Shown: positions 50,308 through 64,000 of the stretch, piece after piece | Numbering within the stretch: the first letter of the stretch is position 1 | How the letters are laid out: the number at the start of each line of letters is the position of its first letter | From: Carcharhinus longimanus | Taxonomy: Eukaryota | Length of the DNA stretch: 64,000 bases | Assembly (NCBI GenBank): GCA_030264375.1 | Contig: JASCQW010000112.1 | Span: 31,642,764-31,706,763, forward strand | Direction of reading: 5' to 3' | Notes under the pieces: generated by a model | What the model was told of the DNA's origin: nothing | Seen by the model: the letters and a program-made list of their open reading frames with translations, nothing else | Databases searched by the model: none | Translations under genes and position numbers: made by a program

Positions 50308-51186
50308 CTTTGAGGGAAGAAGAAGAGTATTTATACATTTTGCTTTTTGAGATTACAATGTTCAAACAACAAATGTTCACATTGTATCGCTGGATAGTTC
50401 AACACTTGAATACTTAAACAAAATCAAAATACTATGGATGCCGGAAATCTGCAAGAATATTAAACTAGTGGCATCTAAGGAGAGTAAAACAATGCAAAAT
50501 GATAGTGTTGTGTGTTTCCAGCATGTCCTGTTTTTACACAAGTATATAAATCCCAAATTGAAAAGTTACAATGTTGCACTTGGTGAGAGTTATAAAAAAA
50601 TCACTTGCTGGACTGCATTAGATACATAAGTTATCCAAACCTCAAGGTAAAGTGCCGTGACAGCTTGATTTAGGGGAACCTTATCTTGTGTCAGATTTAT
50701 AATAAAACAATAATAGCAGACAAGGAGAAACCTTTGCTCGGGAATTTTATTTCGAGTGGCAAAAATACTTGTGCTTACATTTTCCTTGCAACTCACAATT
50801 CTATATTCTTGTTTCTCATTATATAGTGGTGAAGTATGAGAATTGTAGTACTCAGTGACTATATATCCTAACTGCGCAACGAGGAAGTGACTACTTGATT
50901 ATGCTGGTCTTCATACTTTCATTAGCTATCTCTGCATTTATGAGATAACCTCACAATATGGAAACTCTCTCTCCCCTCCACTACCTTTCACTAGCCTAGG
51001 AACACAGAAGCTGACTATAATAACTTCACTGGCACCCAATCTTGTATCTCCCAAGTCAGCAAAGGCCAGTGATGAAGGCTGCCAACTTCTTCATCTATCG
51101 AGCTCATATCAGTTACAGAACACATTTTACGTTTAGTCATCTTCGACCACTTTGTGTAAAAACATAGATGATTTGTTAGAACCAGA

Positions 51187-51497
51187 ATCATAGAATCTAC
51201 AGCGCAGAAGGAGGCCATTTGACCGATTGAGTTTGCACTGACCACAATACCACCCTGACTATATCCCCATAACCCTATGCATTCACCCTAGCTAGTCCCC
51301 CTAACGCCAAGGGGTGATTTAGCATGGCCAATCCTCATCTTTCGATTGTGGGAGTAAACCGGAGCACCAGGAGGAAACTCATGTAGACGTGCGGAGAATG
51401 TGCAAATCCACACAGGCAGTGACCCAAGCTGGGAATCAAACCCGGCTCCCTGCTGCTGTTAGGCAGCAGTGCTAACCACTGTGCTATCATGCCACCC
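51187..51497 (-). mobile_element. HE1/V-SINE-like SINE
   Basis: Antisense A/B boxes and V-domain; tail catagaatctacagcgcagaaggaggccatt. Confidence 0.8.
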
Positions 51498-52761
51498 TCA
51501 ATTTTGTTGCACTAGATTAGATATCAGATTCATGAATGCATGCTAGTTCTTAACAACATAAAAGTATATTTGTTGCTACAAAATATCAGCAAAGCTCATG
51601 TGATTGGCAAATTCAGCATTGTTAAATATTTTTAAATATTTTGTGCACTCAGCACAGGCAGCTTAACCGTGGGGATAATTCTATCATTCGTTTACTAAGA
51701 TTCTGGATTGGGTATGGAATGATCAGCAAGTATGATTATATCCTATTAAAAAGTTATCTGAAACATGATTGAAGACAGTGATCATATGAAAATAAGTTTC
51801 ATTTTGATTTTGACTGATGCTTTCACTCTTGTTTTTTCTGGGCTATTATACTGTTACAATGCAACTTTTCTGCCACCAGTCTCCTTGCAAAGTGTCCAAG
51901 CTGCGTTGTTACAGCTCCTCCTGATTTATCAGTTTCCCAGAATAAATAAGAAGTTCCTGTGTGGAAATCTGTAATCTGCTGATAAGAGCTGCCATTTAAA
52001 ATAACTCACTGAAAGCAATCAACTCCCCTAATTATACTAGTTCCTTTCTCATCAGTATGAATTCGGCAACCCTGAATACTGCTTTAGGACTAATGATGAA
52101 ACGTTTATGGAACACTAACTTAATTAGTGTCAAAGGGATTTCTTGTTCTTTTCATTGAACAACAGGAACAGACCACCAGTTCAGGTCAGCATTTATGCTT
52201 CATCTGAATCTCCTCCAGATTTTTCTTAGCCAACTGTCAGCATGACCCTTTATCCTCTTCTCCCACATATGATTATCTAACCTCCCTTAATCAAACCCAG
52301 TGGGAGTGAGTTCCAAATTCTCACCAATCTCTGGATAAAGAAGTTTCTTCTAAATTTCTCATCTGATATCATTACCCTTTTGTTTTGTTCTACCAAACAT
52401 AGGGAATCACCCCTCAGTCTTCTCTTCCAATCCTACTCATCCTGAATCTTTGTTTTAGAGAAAATGTATCATTCCACACACATTCCATTTTAATTCTTCT
52501 GTAAAGTAAGTGACTACCTTAAACTTTAGCTGCCAAAATGAAATATTGCAGACTGATGCATTTTCCAGTTACATACTCATGTGCCCATACTACAAATATA
52601 TTAATGTCCGTTTGTAATTTGTTGCAGTTTCCCTCTGCCAGTTTGTAACTGAATTGACAAAATGTGATGAGAAACCTCTTTTATGGCATCCACATGACAT
52701 CTTGGAGGAAAAACAATTTGTTCTCAATTAATCTCCAAGGCCACAGTGAAAATGGCCATCA

Positions 52762-52955
52762 AGAATCATAGAATCCCGAGTGTGCAGGATGCGGCCATTT
52801 GGCCCATCGAACCTGCATCCACCCAGGCCCTATCCCTGTAACCCCATATATTTACCCAGCTAGCCCCCAACACTGATGGGTAATTTACATGGCCAATCAA
52901 CTTAACTGCACATCTTTGGACTGTGGGAGAAAACTAGAACACCCAGAGAAAACCT
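52762..52955 (-). mobile_element. HE1/V-SINE-like 3' fragment
   Basis: gcacatctttggactgtgggagaaaactaga plus tail. Confidence 0.65.
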
Positions 52956-53099
52956 AAGGTGTATAAGGGCGGTTCTTCACTTGATGTTCTTGCTTGAAGA
53001 AGCACCTGGCCTCCAATCAGTGTTTTCTTATAGTTGCAGAACATAAGGATGGCATCTCAGTCCGAGACTTCAATCAAACATTCTAGCTATGCCAAATTA

Positions 53100-54340
53100 C
53101 AGTACAATCTGATTTGAACCAAGGAGCTCAATTGCTTGAGGGCAATGGATGCAGATTTGGGACATGGTTTGTAATATGTAGAAAACCTTCAGAGGACTTA
53201 AGGAAGCTACAAAGAGATATATAGATAAAACAAGTGGGCAAAGATCTGGCAAATTGAGTATGTTGTGAAAATATGAAATTCTCCATATTGGCAGGAAGAA
53301 TATAAAAGTATATTATATAAATGGCAAAACATTGTAAGCTCCCATACAGAGGGATCTGGGTGCCTTGGTGCATTTTTTTTTTAATTCACTTGTGGGATAT
53401 GGGCATCACTGGCTGGCCAGCATTTATTGCCCATCTTTAGTTGCCTGAGAGCAGTTGAAAGTCAACCACATTGCTGTGGCTCTAGAGTCACACGTAGGCC
53501 AGGCCAGGTTAGGACAGCAGATTTTCTTCCCTAAAGGAGATTAGTGAACCAGGTGGGTTTTTACGACAATCGACAATGGTTTCGTGGTCATCAGTAGATT
53601 CGTAATTTCAGATATTGTTTACTCAATCCAAATTCACCATCAGCCATGGCGGGATTCAAACCCAGATCCCCCAGAACACTAGCTGAGTTTCTGGCTTAAT
53701 ACTTTAGCGATAATACCACCAGACTATCGCCTGCCCATGAATTGCAAAAGGTACAAGTAATTAGGATCGTTTATAGAATGATATAATTTATTGCAAAGGG
53801 AGTCAAATACAAAAGCAGGGAGGTCAACATCTGGAGTACGATTAACAGTATTGGTAAATGAATTGGAATTAATGCAGAGAAGATTTAACAGACTAATGCC
53901 TGGAATGAGCAGGTTGTCTTAAGAGGAAAGATGAGAAAGGATAAGCTTATATCCCTTGGAGTTTGAGTATGAAACTTGATTGAAACATATAAGCTCACAA
54001 GGCTTCTCGACAGGGTGGATGTGGAAAGTATGAGAGAATCTAGAGCCAGAGGTCACTGTTTAAAAATAAGGGATTTCTCACTTAAGACAGAGATGAGGGG
54101 AATGTTTTTCTCAGAGTCCTTAGTCTTTGGAACCCAATTCCTCAAAAGGCACTGGAAGCAGTCTTTGAAATCTTTTAAGGCAGAATTAGTACATTCTTGA
54201 TGAACAAGGGCATGCATGATTATCTAAAATAGGTGGGAGTGTGAAGTTGCAATTACAATCAGATCAGCCATGATCTTACTGAATGGTGAAGCAGGCTCGA
54301 GGGGCCTACGTTTGCTCCTAATTTATATGTTTGTGTCAAA
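53100..54340 (+). mobile_element. CR1 3' fragment with nested SacSINE1-like SINE (53374-53736, minus)
   Basis: CR1 RDLGALVH interrupted at ggtgcat|...|catga by a full SINE. Confidence 0.78.
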
Positions 54341-54569
54341 TCAGTTGGAATTACAAGAGGAAAAAGGAAGCTGGAGGTCAAGTTTAGGTTGACAAATATG
54401 AAATTTGCAAAAGCAGACTGTTATATAAAGATGGAAATCTTTGATGGTTGTGGTTAGCTAAGGAATGGGGTGAAATAGAATGGTGGGCAGAAGAAACATT
54501 TCATGATTTTGCTAAATCTCAACATAGCCTATGACACTGAAGATGAATCATTTAGTAGTCAAACGTTTT

Positions 54570-56100
54570 AAAAATATCATCCATGAGGTGTGAAATAGCT
54601 AGCAAGGACTCCATTTATTGTTTATCCATAATTGCTCTTGAGAAGATGGTGGTAACTTTCCTTCTCAAACCACTGCAATCTGTTGTAGCTATACCCACTG
54701 TTGTTAGAAAGATGTTCCAGGATTCTGACCCAGTAATGATGAAGAAATGGCAATATAGCTCCAAATCAAGATGGTGTGACTTTTGGAGAGGAGCTTGGAG
54801 AGGGTGGTGCTCCCATAAGTCTACTGCCCTTGTCTATCGAGGTGGGAGAAGCTGTGGGTTTAGAAGTTGCTGATTAAGTAGGTTTTGAGAGTTTTGCAGC
54901 AAGTCTAGTATATAGAACATACGGTTACCACTATGCCGAAGAGAGTGAATGTTTATGAGAATGTGATGCCAATCAAGTGGACTGCTGTGTCCTGGATGGC
55001 ATTGAGCTTTCGAGCATCGTTGGAACTGTACTCATTCAAGCAGACAGAAAGCATTCCATCACACTCCTGACTTACATATGGTAGACTGGCTTTGGGGAGT
55101 CAGGAGGGTAGTTACCAGTCACGGAATTTCCTGCTCTTGTGGCCACTGTATTTATTTAGTTGGCCCAGTTCAATTTCTGGTCAATGGTAACCCCAGGATA
55201 TTGGGGGATTCAGCAATGGCAATTGATGACAGTTAGATTTTCCCTTGTTTGAGATGGTCATTGCCTGGCAATTGAGAGGTATGAATGTTACTTGCCAATC
55301 ATTAACCCTGCCGGAAGGTTGTCCAGGTCTTGATGCAAGTGGACGTGGACTNNNNNNNNNNNNNNNNNNNNNNNNNNNNNNNNNNNNNNNNNNNNNNNNN
55401 NNNNNNNNNNNNNNNNNNNNNNNNNNNNNNNNNNNNNNNNNNNNNNNNNNNGGACTGCTTCATCGCAAATGGTATAGTTCACTGTGCAGCCACCTGCATA
55501 CACTAAAATTGACCTTATGATAGAGGGACGGTCACTGATGAAGCAGCTGAAGATGGTTGAGCCTAGGACACTTCCCCAAGGAACACATGCGATGTTGTCC
55601 TGCAGCAGAGATGATTGTCCTTCCAACAATCACAACCATCTTCCTCTGTGCTAGGTATGACTCCAACCAGTGTTGAGTACCCCCCACCTCTATTCTCACT
55701 GACTCCAGTTTTGCTAGGAGTCAGATTCAGTCAAATGCTGACTTAATGTTAAGGGCAGTTACTTTCACCTCACAAATTCAGCACTTTTGTCAATTATTGG
55801 AAGAGATTATTGTAATAAGAGCAGGAATTTAGTTGGCCTGATGGGACCCAAACTGAGCGTCAGTGAGCAGGATATTTCTGTGCAAGGGCCACTTAATAGC
55901 ACCGTCAGCGACAACTTCCATTACTTTGCTGATGATCAAGCCTAGAATGATGGAGCTGTAATTGGTCAGCTTGGAATTATCCTGTTTCTTGTGGGCAGGA
56001 CATAACTGGACAATTTCCACATTGTTGAGCAGATGCCAGCACTGTAGCTGGTCTGGAACAGATCGGCTATCACGTGTCTATCTCTGCAGCACAAATCTTA
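54570..56100 (-). mobile_element. Old CR1/L2-group LINE RT fragment (gap inside)
   Basis: VPWGSVLGSTIFSCFISD and LIISKVME...LLTDAQFG in ORFs 55288..55629 and 55829..56020. Confidence 0.75.
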
Positions 56101-56311
56101 AGGACTACAGCTGAGATATTATTAAGTGGTAGTGGCAGAAACTCTCAGCATAGATGGCTACTTGAATAGCTGTGATCAATAGATTTATGAACCAAGAGGA
56201 AGTTGGGATTAGGCAAGGTACCTTTCCACCAACAACCAAATTTCAATTAAACCAAGGATAATCAAATGTCAGACATTAACTTGGATTTGTAAAGAATATT
56301 TAATTATCTAC

Positions 56312-56413
56312 CTTGGCAACCAACATCTGTTGCTGGGCTTCAATCTGATGCTGCTGTCTGGAAGCCATTTCTTGCAGCTCTGAAAGGGTCAACTCCACCC
56401 GCGGGTTACCACC
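56312..56413 (-). CDS. PPP1R13B: ASPP1 exon ([34 protein letters not shown]), most 5' exon in the window
   Basis: aaacacag acceptor, gtagat donor, 102 nt, phase 0->0. Confidence 0.95.
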
Positions 56414-57499
56414 CTGTGTTTTAAAGCAAGGAGATGTTAGCACTGTGGGTATTTTGAAAATTGTGTGCACTTTAACTTTGAAGAATCAATATTTTAGATT
56501 TTAAATACAACTTCATATCACAGGAATTGTTCATCATTAACACACCACATATGCATTAGGTTAACCTGTTACCAACTGTCCACATATTATTCTAATTGCT
56601 CTCAGTGCTCAATATTTGCAATGTGTAAATTCCTCTGCTACAAGCAATGATTTGAGTTTTGAAAATTTCACATTTTTCAGAATAGAAGCTGTCTTTTTCA
56701 TTAGTTTTCCTTTTTAGAATTAGCATTCCAGATTTCTTCCAATTGCGCTAAATGATACCTGCCATAGCTAATTAAGTACACTTTCCTGTAAAGTGCAAGT
56801 CCTAATATTTAGTACACCAGTTTCGTAGGAAGAGACTTTTCATCCCTTTGTTTCTGTGCCAGTTGACCAAGAGCTACTAAGCCTAATCCCAACTTCTTGC
56901 ACTAGGTCAAGAGATCTGTAGATCATGGTTCTTCAAGAAAACAATCAAGTACTTTTTAAACGTGATGCAAGTTTTTGCCTCATCTTTTCAAACTGCAAGC
57001 TCTAGGTCCCTATCACCATCTGGGTGAAATATTGATAGAAGGATATGAAGAAACATATCTTTAAATCTATGTCCCTGGTTTTTGAGCCCTCAGCCAAAGT
57101 AAATAAGTTGTTTCTATTTATTCAATCTAGGCCGCTCAAAATTGAATACATCTCAATTAAGCCATCCTTCTATTCCAAGGAAAACAACCTCAGCCAATCT
57201 AATTTTTCATCATAGATAAATGTTTTTCCAGTCCAAGCAACACTCTCACAAATCTCCTCTCTCCTGTAATGTGATGGCCAGAAGTGTATGCAGAACTCAA
57301 GCTACTGTCTAACTAATGTTCTTTACAGTTCCAACATAGCCCCATTCCTCATATATTCTATGCCTTGACTAATAAAGGAAAACATAAGCCTTCTAAACAC
57401 TATGTTCCTATGTTGCTACTATTAAGAATCTGTGACATACATTTCATCTTCCATACTACTCAGTATCTTCCAATTTATTCTATATTCCCTTGGCTTTTT

Positions 57500-59160
57500 G
57501 CACACCGACTATGGCAAGGTCTGCAAGACATAATAGGCTGTAGGATGAAGACATGTAAAATCACTGGCTCCAATGCACCCCTCCCTGACAAGCTCAATGC
57601 ATTCTATGCCCATTTTGAGCAAGAGGTCAGCGAGAATATGCCTTCCACCCTTGATGAACCAGTATCTGGGGTCACCATTGCAGATGTCAGAGCAGCTTTC
57701 GTGAAGGTGAGCCCATGGAAAGCGACTACCCAGACAGGGTGCCCGGATGAGCACTCAAATCCTGCGCAGATCAGCTGGCAGAGATATTCGCAGACATCTT
57801 CAACCTCTCTTTACTACAATCTGAAGTCCTTATCTGTTTCAAGAAGACAACATCATCCAAGATGGCACCAGAGCAAGGCAACTTCTTGCAAGCTGTGCCC
57901 AGCATACCTTCTAATTCTATCTTTTACACTCGTTCTATGCTTCTAGAACTTCATTCTAACTCTTAATGCATTAAAGCATTGTTAGAGAGCTTAAGCTGAT
58001 CTTTCTCTATGCCCTAGCTATGACTGTAACTACATTCTGCACTCTTGTTTNNNNNNNNNNNNNNNNNNNNNNNNNNNNNNNNNNNNNNNNNNNNNNNNNN
58101 NNNNNNNNNNNNNNNNNNNNNNNNNNNNNNNNNNNNNNNNNNNNNNNNNNNNNNNNNNNNNNNNNNNNNNNNNNNNNNNNNNNNNNNNNNNNNNNNNNNN
58201 NNNNNNNNNNNNNNNNNNNNNNNNNNNNNNCTACTCCGCAATCATCCTCTACGCTGGTGCCCCATAAGGCTGTATTCTCAGCCCCACCAGTATACTCCTT
58301 ATACACTCATGACCGTGTAGCAAAATTCCCCTCCAACTCGATTTTCAAGTTTGCTGATGACCACATTGGATCGGATCTCAAACAATGACGAGACAGAGCA
58401 CAGAAATGAGATAGAGAATCTAGTGCGGCAACAATAATCTCTCCCTTAATGTCAACAAAACAAAGGAGATGGTTATTGACTTCAGGAAGCGTACAGGAGA
58501 ACATGCCGTCTACATCAATGGGGACGAAGTGGGAAGGGTTGAGAGCTTCAAATTTTTAGGCAACCAGATCACCAACAACCTTCCTGGTCCCCCAATGCTG
58601 ACACTATAGTTAAGAAAGCCCACTAATGCCTCTACTTTCTCAGAAGACTAAGAAAATTTGGTACGTCAGCTATGACTCTCACCAACTTTTACAGATGTAC
58701 CATAAAAAGTATTCTTTCTGGTTGTATCACGGCTTGGTATGGCTCCTGCTCTGCCCAGGACCCCATGAAACGATAAAAGGTCATTAACGTAGCCCCCCCC
58801 ATCCATTGACTCTATCTACATTTCCCGCTGCCTCGGCAAAATAGCCAGCATAATTAAGGACCCCATGCAGCCTGGACATTCTTCCACCTTCTTCCGTTGG
58901 AAAAAAGATGCAAAAGTCTGAGGTCACATACCAGCCAATTCAAGAACAGCTTCTCCCCTGCTGCCATCAGTCTTTTGAATGGACCTACCTTGCATTAAGT
59001 TGATCTTTCTCTACACCTTAACTTTGACTGTAACACTACATTCTGCATTTTCTTGTTTCCTTCCCAATGATCGATATGCTCTGTCTATATAGTGCGCAAG
59101 AAACAGTGCTTTTCACTGTATGCTAAAACATGTGACAATATCAAATCAAAATCAAATCTT
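57500..59160 (+). mobile_element. Rex1/Babar-type retrotransposon pieces inserted in a minus-strand CR1
   Basis: LWQGLQDI..LPDKLNAFYAHFE, YSLYTHD..IFKFADD, LYFLRRLRKFG; caaat-repeat tail at about 59140-59158. Confidence 0.85.
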
Positions 59161-61869
59161 TAAAAGCCATCCCATTTCTTTGGGCTAAATTCCATTTTTT
59201 CCTCTCTTCCTGCAGTCTATACCTTTTTATAGACTACAGAAAGCAATGGAGCATGTTCTAATTCCTGCAGAAATCAACAGCCTTCAAATTTCAAAAGTAC
59301 TAGTCAACCATTACCTTTTTCCTATTCCAAGCCAACTTTGGATCCAATTTGTCAATGATTCCTGGATTCCAAGAATGTTTCCTGTTTTGATGAGCCTGCC
59401 ATGTGGGACCTCATCAAAAGTCCTCTAAAACCCACGTAGATCACATCTGTCACACTGACCTCATCAACCCTATTTATCACTGCCTCAAAATATTCAACAG
59501 TTAGAGATCCCACATTGACTTTCCTTGATTAATCAATGCCTTTCTAAATTAATGTTTTTATTGGCCTACAGAATGGATTCCAATAATTTGTCCAGAACTA
59601 AAGTTAAGATAATTGGGCTAAAATTACTTGGATTATCCCTTTCTCCCTTTTTAAACAACATACAATGCAGGCAGTCTTCTAATTGTCTAGGACACCAATC
59701 CTATAGCCAGGGAGGATTGAAATATGATGTTCAGTGACTCTGCATTTTCTTCCCTTGCTGCTTTTAACAACCAAAGACATAGCACTTTATCTACATTTGA
59801 AGATGCTAAACCTTTATAATGCATCCTCTTACAATATTTATCACATCCTATATTTCACACTTCCTTCTTAGCTTTGATGTCATCATCAGCCCTCTCTTTT
59901 ATGATGGTGGCCACAAAGTGATAGCTGAAAAACATTCATTAAGAATTTTATGCATATCCTCACCCATCTCAGATAGGTCACCTTTTAAGTCCCTAATATG
60001 CCCTATTTTTCCTTGTGTAACCTCTTGCTCTCTATGTACTTAGAAAATATCTTGGTGTCTCAGACAAGCTTCCCTTTTTTTGCTTAAAACATGCCCTAAT
60101 GAACCTTGTCAACCTGAGGATTCTCGATTTGGCTGTCCACCCTTATCATTTTTGAAGTTTAACTGCCCATTAGGAGTAAAATGCACCACAGACTTTCTCT
60201 ACCATTTAATTTTTACTTCAGTTGTTGTAATGCTAGAACTGCAAAATTAGCTGAATAGTAAAATGTCTGCACAATTCTAGCAAAAAAACTTCACACTTGC
60301 TGTCATCATCAAAACATCAAATAATACAAAGCAGTTCTGGATGCATTATCATAGAAAATAATTTTTAGCATGTGCATATTTCTTTTTTAATTAAAAGCCA
60401 TTTCCACTGAGATTAATAGTGACATTACAGTAGGATAATGCTAATTTCCATTAAACTCCTTTGCACTTAAATGATTACTAGGTACATTTTTGGATGAATA
60501 TACCACATGGGCTGCATCGATGCATGTAGTCCAGGAAGTTCAAACCACCAGAAAAATCTGCCAGGATGTCAGTATGTAAACACGATCAAAGGACCTCTGG
60601 CAGAATGTATACCTGTATCAGGTGCGGACAGATTTAGAATCAGCATGATCAAATTGGAAAGATAGCAAACCTGTAAAAATCAAATCCTGTACTGAGTTAC
60701 CTTTAGACAAAAAGAATGAAGTTGAAAACTCCTAGACAGTAAAACTGAAATGGTGTTCTTTTCTGAAAGAAAGTTCAATGACCATCTTGAAACATATGTA
60801 AAAGTGTTTCGATTGGACTTTTAGATCATCAACGTGCCCTCTCTTTCAGAGGCATGTACGCAGGTGGCAGCAGTAACAAGAGATTGCACATAATTTTGAT
60901 GTGAACTTCTAAGTTTACAACCAGAATATTATAAGCCTCCGCTTCATTAGTACCATTAGGAAAACACTAGGTTACCTTGTGGAATCAAACTGAAATAAAA
61001 TAAGCACTTTTCCAAATATAGATTCCAAATATGGCATGAGGCTTAAAATCATGACAGAAAAATCAGACAAAATTCAATTCCAGAAAGCTCAGAGTACCTG
61101 AAAGCAAAATTTTAATATTTGCCATCAAACAATATACAGCACAGTTGAAAATTTCTTTCAATTTCTGAAAGTGCCCTAAATGTGATTTAGTACGAGGGGA
61201 ACTTCTGATCAACATTTATCAAGACACAATGTTCCAGATTTGGATTGCCTGTGAAATCATTTCACAAGCAGTTTTCACATTCTATTGAAGGAGATAAATT
61301 GACCAGGAATGTAGTAACTGATAGCATAGTGTGCTAGGTCTGCAGAGTTCTCAATCTGCTATTAGGCCAGCCTAAAATTCACAGTCCATGAGATTCAATG
61401 TTGCTTCTCTCGGACACATAGCTGGCAGAGATGTCATGGAATGGCTTGACAGTAATACCAACTAAGTAAGTTTCTGTACTAGTCAAAACAAAAATCAAAA
61501 TTAACATCAAAGATTTCCTGCCACTTTCCTCGAGCACCATACTCCAAACTTCTGCTTAATGTGGACCCTATATTCTCACCACATTAACCTTCCTACCTTG
61601 AGCATCATGTCTTGGGCATCTTCGTTATTTTACGTCCTCAATCATCCAAGCTCTAAATTTCTGTGTTCAACATGTTTTGTATCTTCCTTCCCAGCTACTT
61701 CTGCCAGAGTTCTGAACTTCTGTTGCACCACTGTCTCTCTTCACGCCAGTTACCTTTGCAGTCTACCCAATTTATCAGCTCTGCTTATTTCATCAGTTCC
61801 ACCTTTCTCCATTTCCACTTTGACCTATCAAACATTTATACTTGCTCAAGCAAAGATAGGAACAGGTTT

Positions 61870-63490
61870 TAAAAAAAACTGAACCATAAGACCCACCTCT
61901 TATTCCCTTAAATCTATCCCTACTAAACTGCTTATCGAACTTCCATTCCTAACCCTCATGTTAGCTACTACTGTTAACAGTTCTCTCTCCTCATCTTTCC
62001 TTTAAATTTGCCATCTCCATCCCTCTTCCAAAAAGAGCAGCACAGTGGCAAACATTGTTATCTCACAGCGCAAGGGACCAGGGTTCAATTCTGGCCTTGG
62101 ATGACTGTGTGGAAGTTGCACATTCTTCCAGTGTCTGCTTGGGTTTCCTCCAGGTGTTGATTTCCTTGCACAGTCCAAAAATGTGTAGGTTAGATGGGTT
62201 AACCCTGGTATATGTGCAGGGTTATGGGGATAGGGCAGTGGGTGGGCGTGGGTAAGATCCTCTGTCATTGAGTAGGTGCAGACTTGATGGCCAAAAGACT
62301 TTCTTCTGCACTATAGGGATTCTATCTCAAAACTTTTAACGTGTTATTGCCTTGTAACTTCATGCCCATCTTTCCCACAACTCTTGAATACCTTCAAGAC
62401 AGGCTTTTGACACTTACACAGTTCCAAAACAGCTCTTATCATAGTCATATGACAACCAATGTGCCTGTGACAAAGGTAAATTATCCCTCATTATTTCGGA
62501 ACCTGTCGACAACCACACCATTCTCTTCTAGTGCTTCTCTACTGTTTTCCAGTTGGTTGGACTGGTCTGGTTCTAATCACTTTTGCCATTGCAGCCGAAG
62601 TAACACTTGCAATGGCTTCTTTTCTGCTCCTACATTGTTACTTCTGGTTTCTTCCAATGTTATAATCTTGGCCCCTTCCACTTTTCCATCTATATGCTGC
62701 CCCTCAGTGTCATCTGAGCAACATCTAGTTGTACCTCTCTTCACTGACTCCAAATTATCAGTACTGGGTAAGCAGAAATTTTCACCAAATGAATAATGGA
62801 AAGGCTAAAGTCATTGCCTTTGGTTCCTGCCACAAACTGTTCTTTAGCCACCATTGCCAGCCTTCTCCCTGACAGATGTTGGAGACTGAACCATGGTTCA
62901 TAACCTTGGTGTCATATCTGCACTTCTGACCACATGTTTGCATTAAGACTACCTATTTTACTTCCACAATTAATGAAATGCTGCCCTTCTCAGCTCATCT
63001 GCAGCTGTAACCCAATCTTAACTGATGTTACCTCTAAACTTAATTTTTCTACTGCACCCCTGATTGGCCTCCTACATTCTATTCACCATAAATTGAAGTA
63101 GCCTAAAATCATTCCCATGTCCTAACTTCTACCAAATCCCACTCACCCATTACTTCATGCTCCAATACCACCATTCATTTGTGCCTGATTAAGCAACACC
63201 TCACTTTTAAAATCTCTCTCTATCTCTTACCTCCTCCATCTCTACAACCTCCAAAATATCTGCACTCCCACAATTCTGGTCTGTTGACATGCCCAAATTT
63301 TACCACTGGTGGCCATGTCTTCACTTGTTACTCCCAAACCTCCTTGTTGACACTCCTTAGAACTGCTACTTTGTCTGCCCAAATATCCCTTTACATGGCT
63401 TAATGTCAAATTTTGTTTGTTAACACTTCTGTGAAGAATCGTGAATCTTTTACTACATTGAAGGTATGGTAGAAGCTTCTATGTTGTTGA
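61870..63490 (+). mobile_element. Degenerate L2 LINE RT/3' end, interrupted by an HE1-like SINE (62036-62325)
   Basis: Decayed L2 motifs: PT.LL, TAL...CDKGKLSL, HTIL, CNGF, LGP....IYMLPL, NLGVI, TSKL..S..LIGLL. Confidence 0.7.
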
Positions 63491-64000
63491 AAATTAAATT
63501 TGACACCTTGGAGACTGGACCCAATGTAGGTCAGCAGGACAGGGTTTTGGAAAAACAAATTCACAGCAAGGTCAGCCAAGAGAATTGGAATAGCTGAAAG
63601 ACAAAAAGCCACTGATGAGCAAAATTTTATTTTGATAAAATATGTGGTTGTGGTGGGATGGGGACAGGCAATGTTACAAAGGTAGAGGTGGACAGTCATT
63701 GTGAAGAAAAAGATATGGGGTCAGATGCTCAGCTAGAGTTGGGCACCACGTTTACAAACAGTGTGGCTAGAGGCAGTGACGAAACAGCAACTCTGCCATC
63801 TGAAAAAAGGCATCTCAGCAAAGCATAATATTTTGGGAATGTTGCATAAATGTCAGAATGGTTACATGCTAAGTGGGCCTGAGCTTTGTGAATCAACGAC
63901 AGAAGTGCTACCAGCTAAGTCAACGTGACAAACTGCGAAGATTTTCACAATGTTTGTCTCACAAGTAAACATATTTATTTTAAGAAACAAGAATCTATTT

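Larger units (their letters stand above)
930..56413 (-). other. PPP1R13B: PPP1R13B/ASPP1 gene body, 5'-partial (13 coding exons, probably equivalent to human exons 5-17, plus 3'UTR)
   Basis: 13 exons with AG/GT (one GC) boundaries and compatible phases splice to 2961 nt with no internal stop. Peptides match recalled ASPP1 ([99 protein letters not shown]) better than ASPP2. The 3' limit is inferred from a polyA signal. Confidence 0.93.

Noticed and set aside
60610-60672. AG...GT-bounded segment on the minus strand as a candidate ASPP1 exon
   Set aside because: No similarity to the expected preceding exon (ending ...RTENG) and no convincing frame.
61559-62796. ORFs 61559..61882 and 62341..62796, and exon-like antisense frames, as a possible upstream ASPP1 exon or new gene
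   Set aside because: The antisense frames have multiple stops and no ASPP similarity; the plus strand from about 61870 onward matches a decayed L2 RT.

Overview
Eukaryotic, AT-rich vertebrate genomic DNA, almost certainly from a shark or other elasmobranch, judging by its HE1/V-SINE-like and SacSINE1/Deu-like SINEs and its CR1, L2, Rex1/Babar and Penelope retroelements. It comes from a draft assembly with several N gaps. The window holds the 3' 13 coding exons of PPP1R13B (ASPP1) on the minus strand (56413->2022). These splice into one uninterrupted 2961-nt frame (986 aa + stop) covering the coiled-coil, Pro-rich, RVxF, ankyrin and SH3 regions; the first exons lie beyond the right edge. Unexpected items: (1) two orphan, intact, splice-competent exons of unrelated genes inside ASPP1 introns on the same strand, namely the terminal exon + 3'UTR of CHRAC1 (11161-11318) and a 137-nt type II classical cadherin EC4 exon (40762-40898); (2) two tandem, frame-preserving cassette exons (22921-23034, 23403-23558) that each encode a W-x-V-S-N-L-D motif also found in the next constitutive exon; (3) a GC-AG intron and tandem splice sites; (4) Penelope-like elements with inverted arms, 13-bp target duplications and decayed hammerhead ribozyme cores. 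Gene and repeat identifications rest on recalled sequences, not database searches, and repeat boundaries are approximate.
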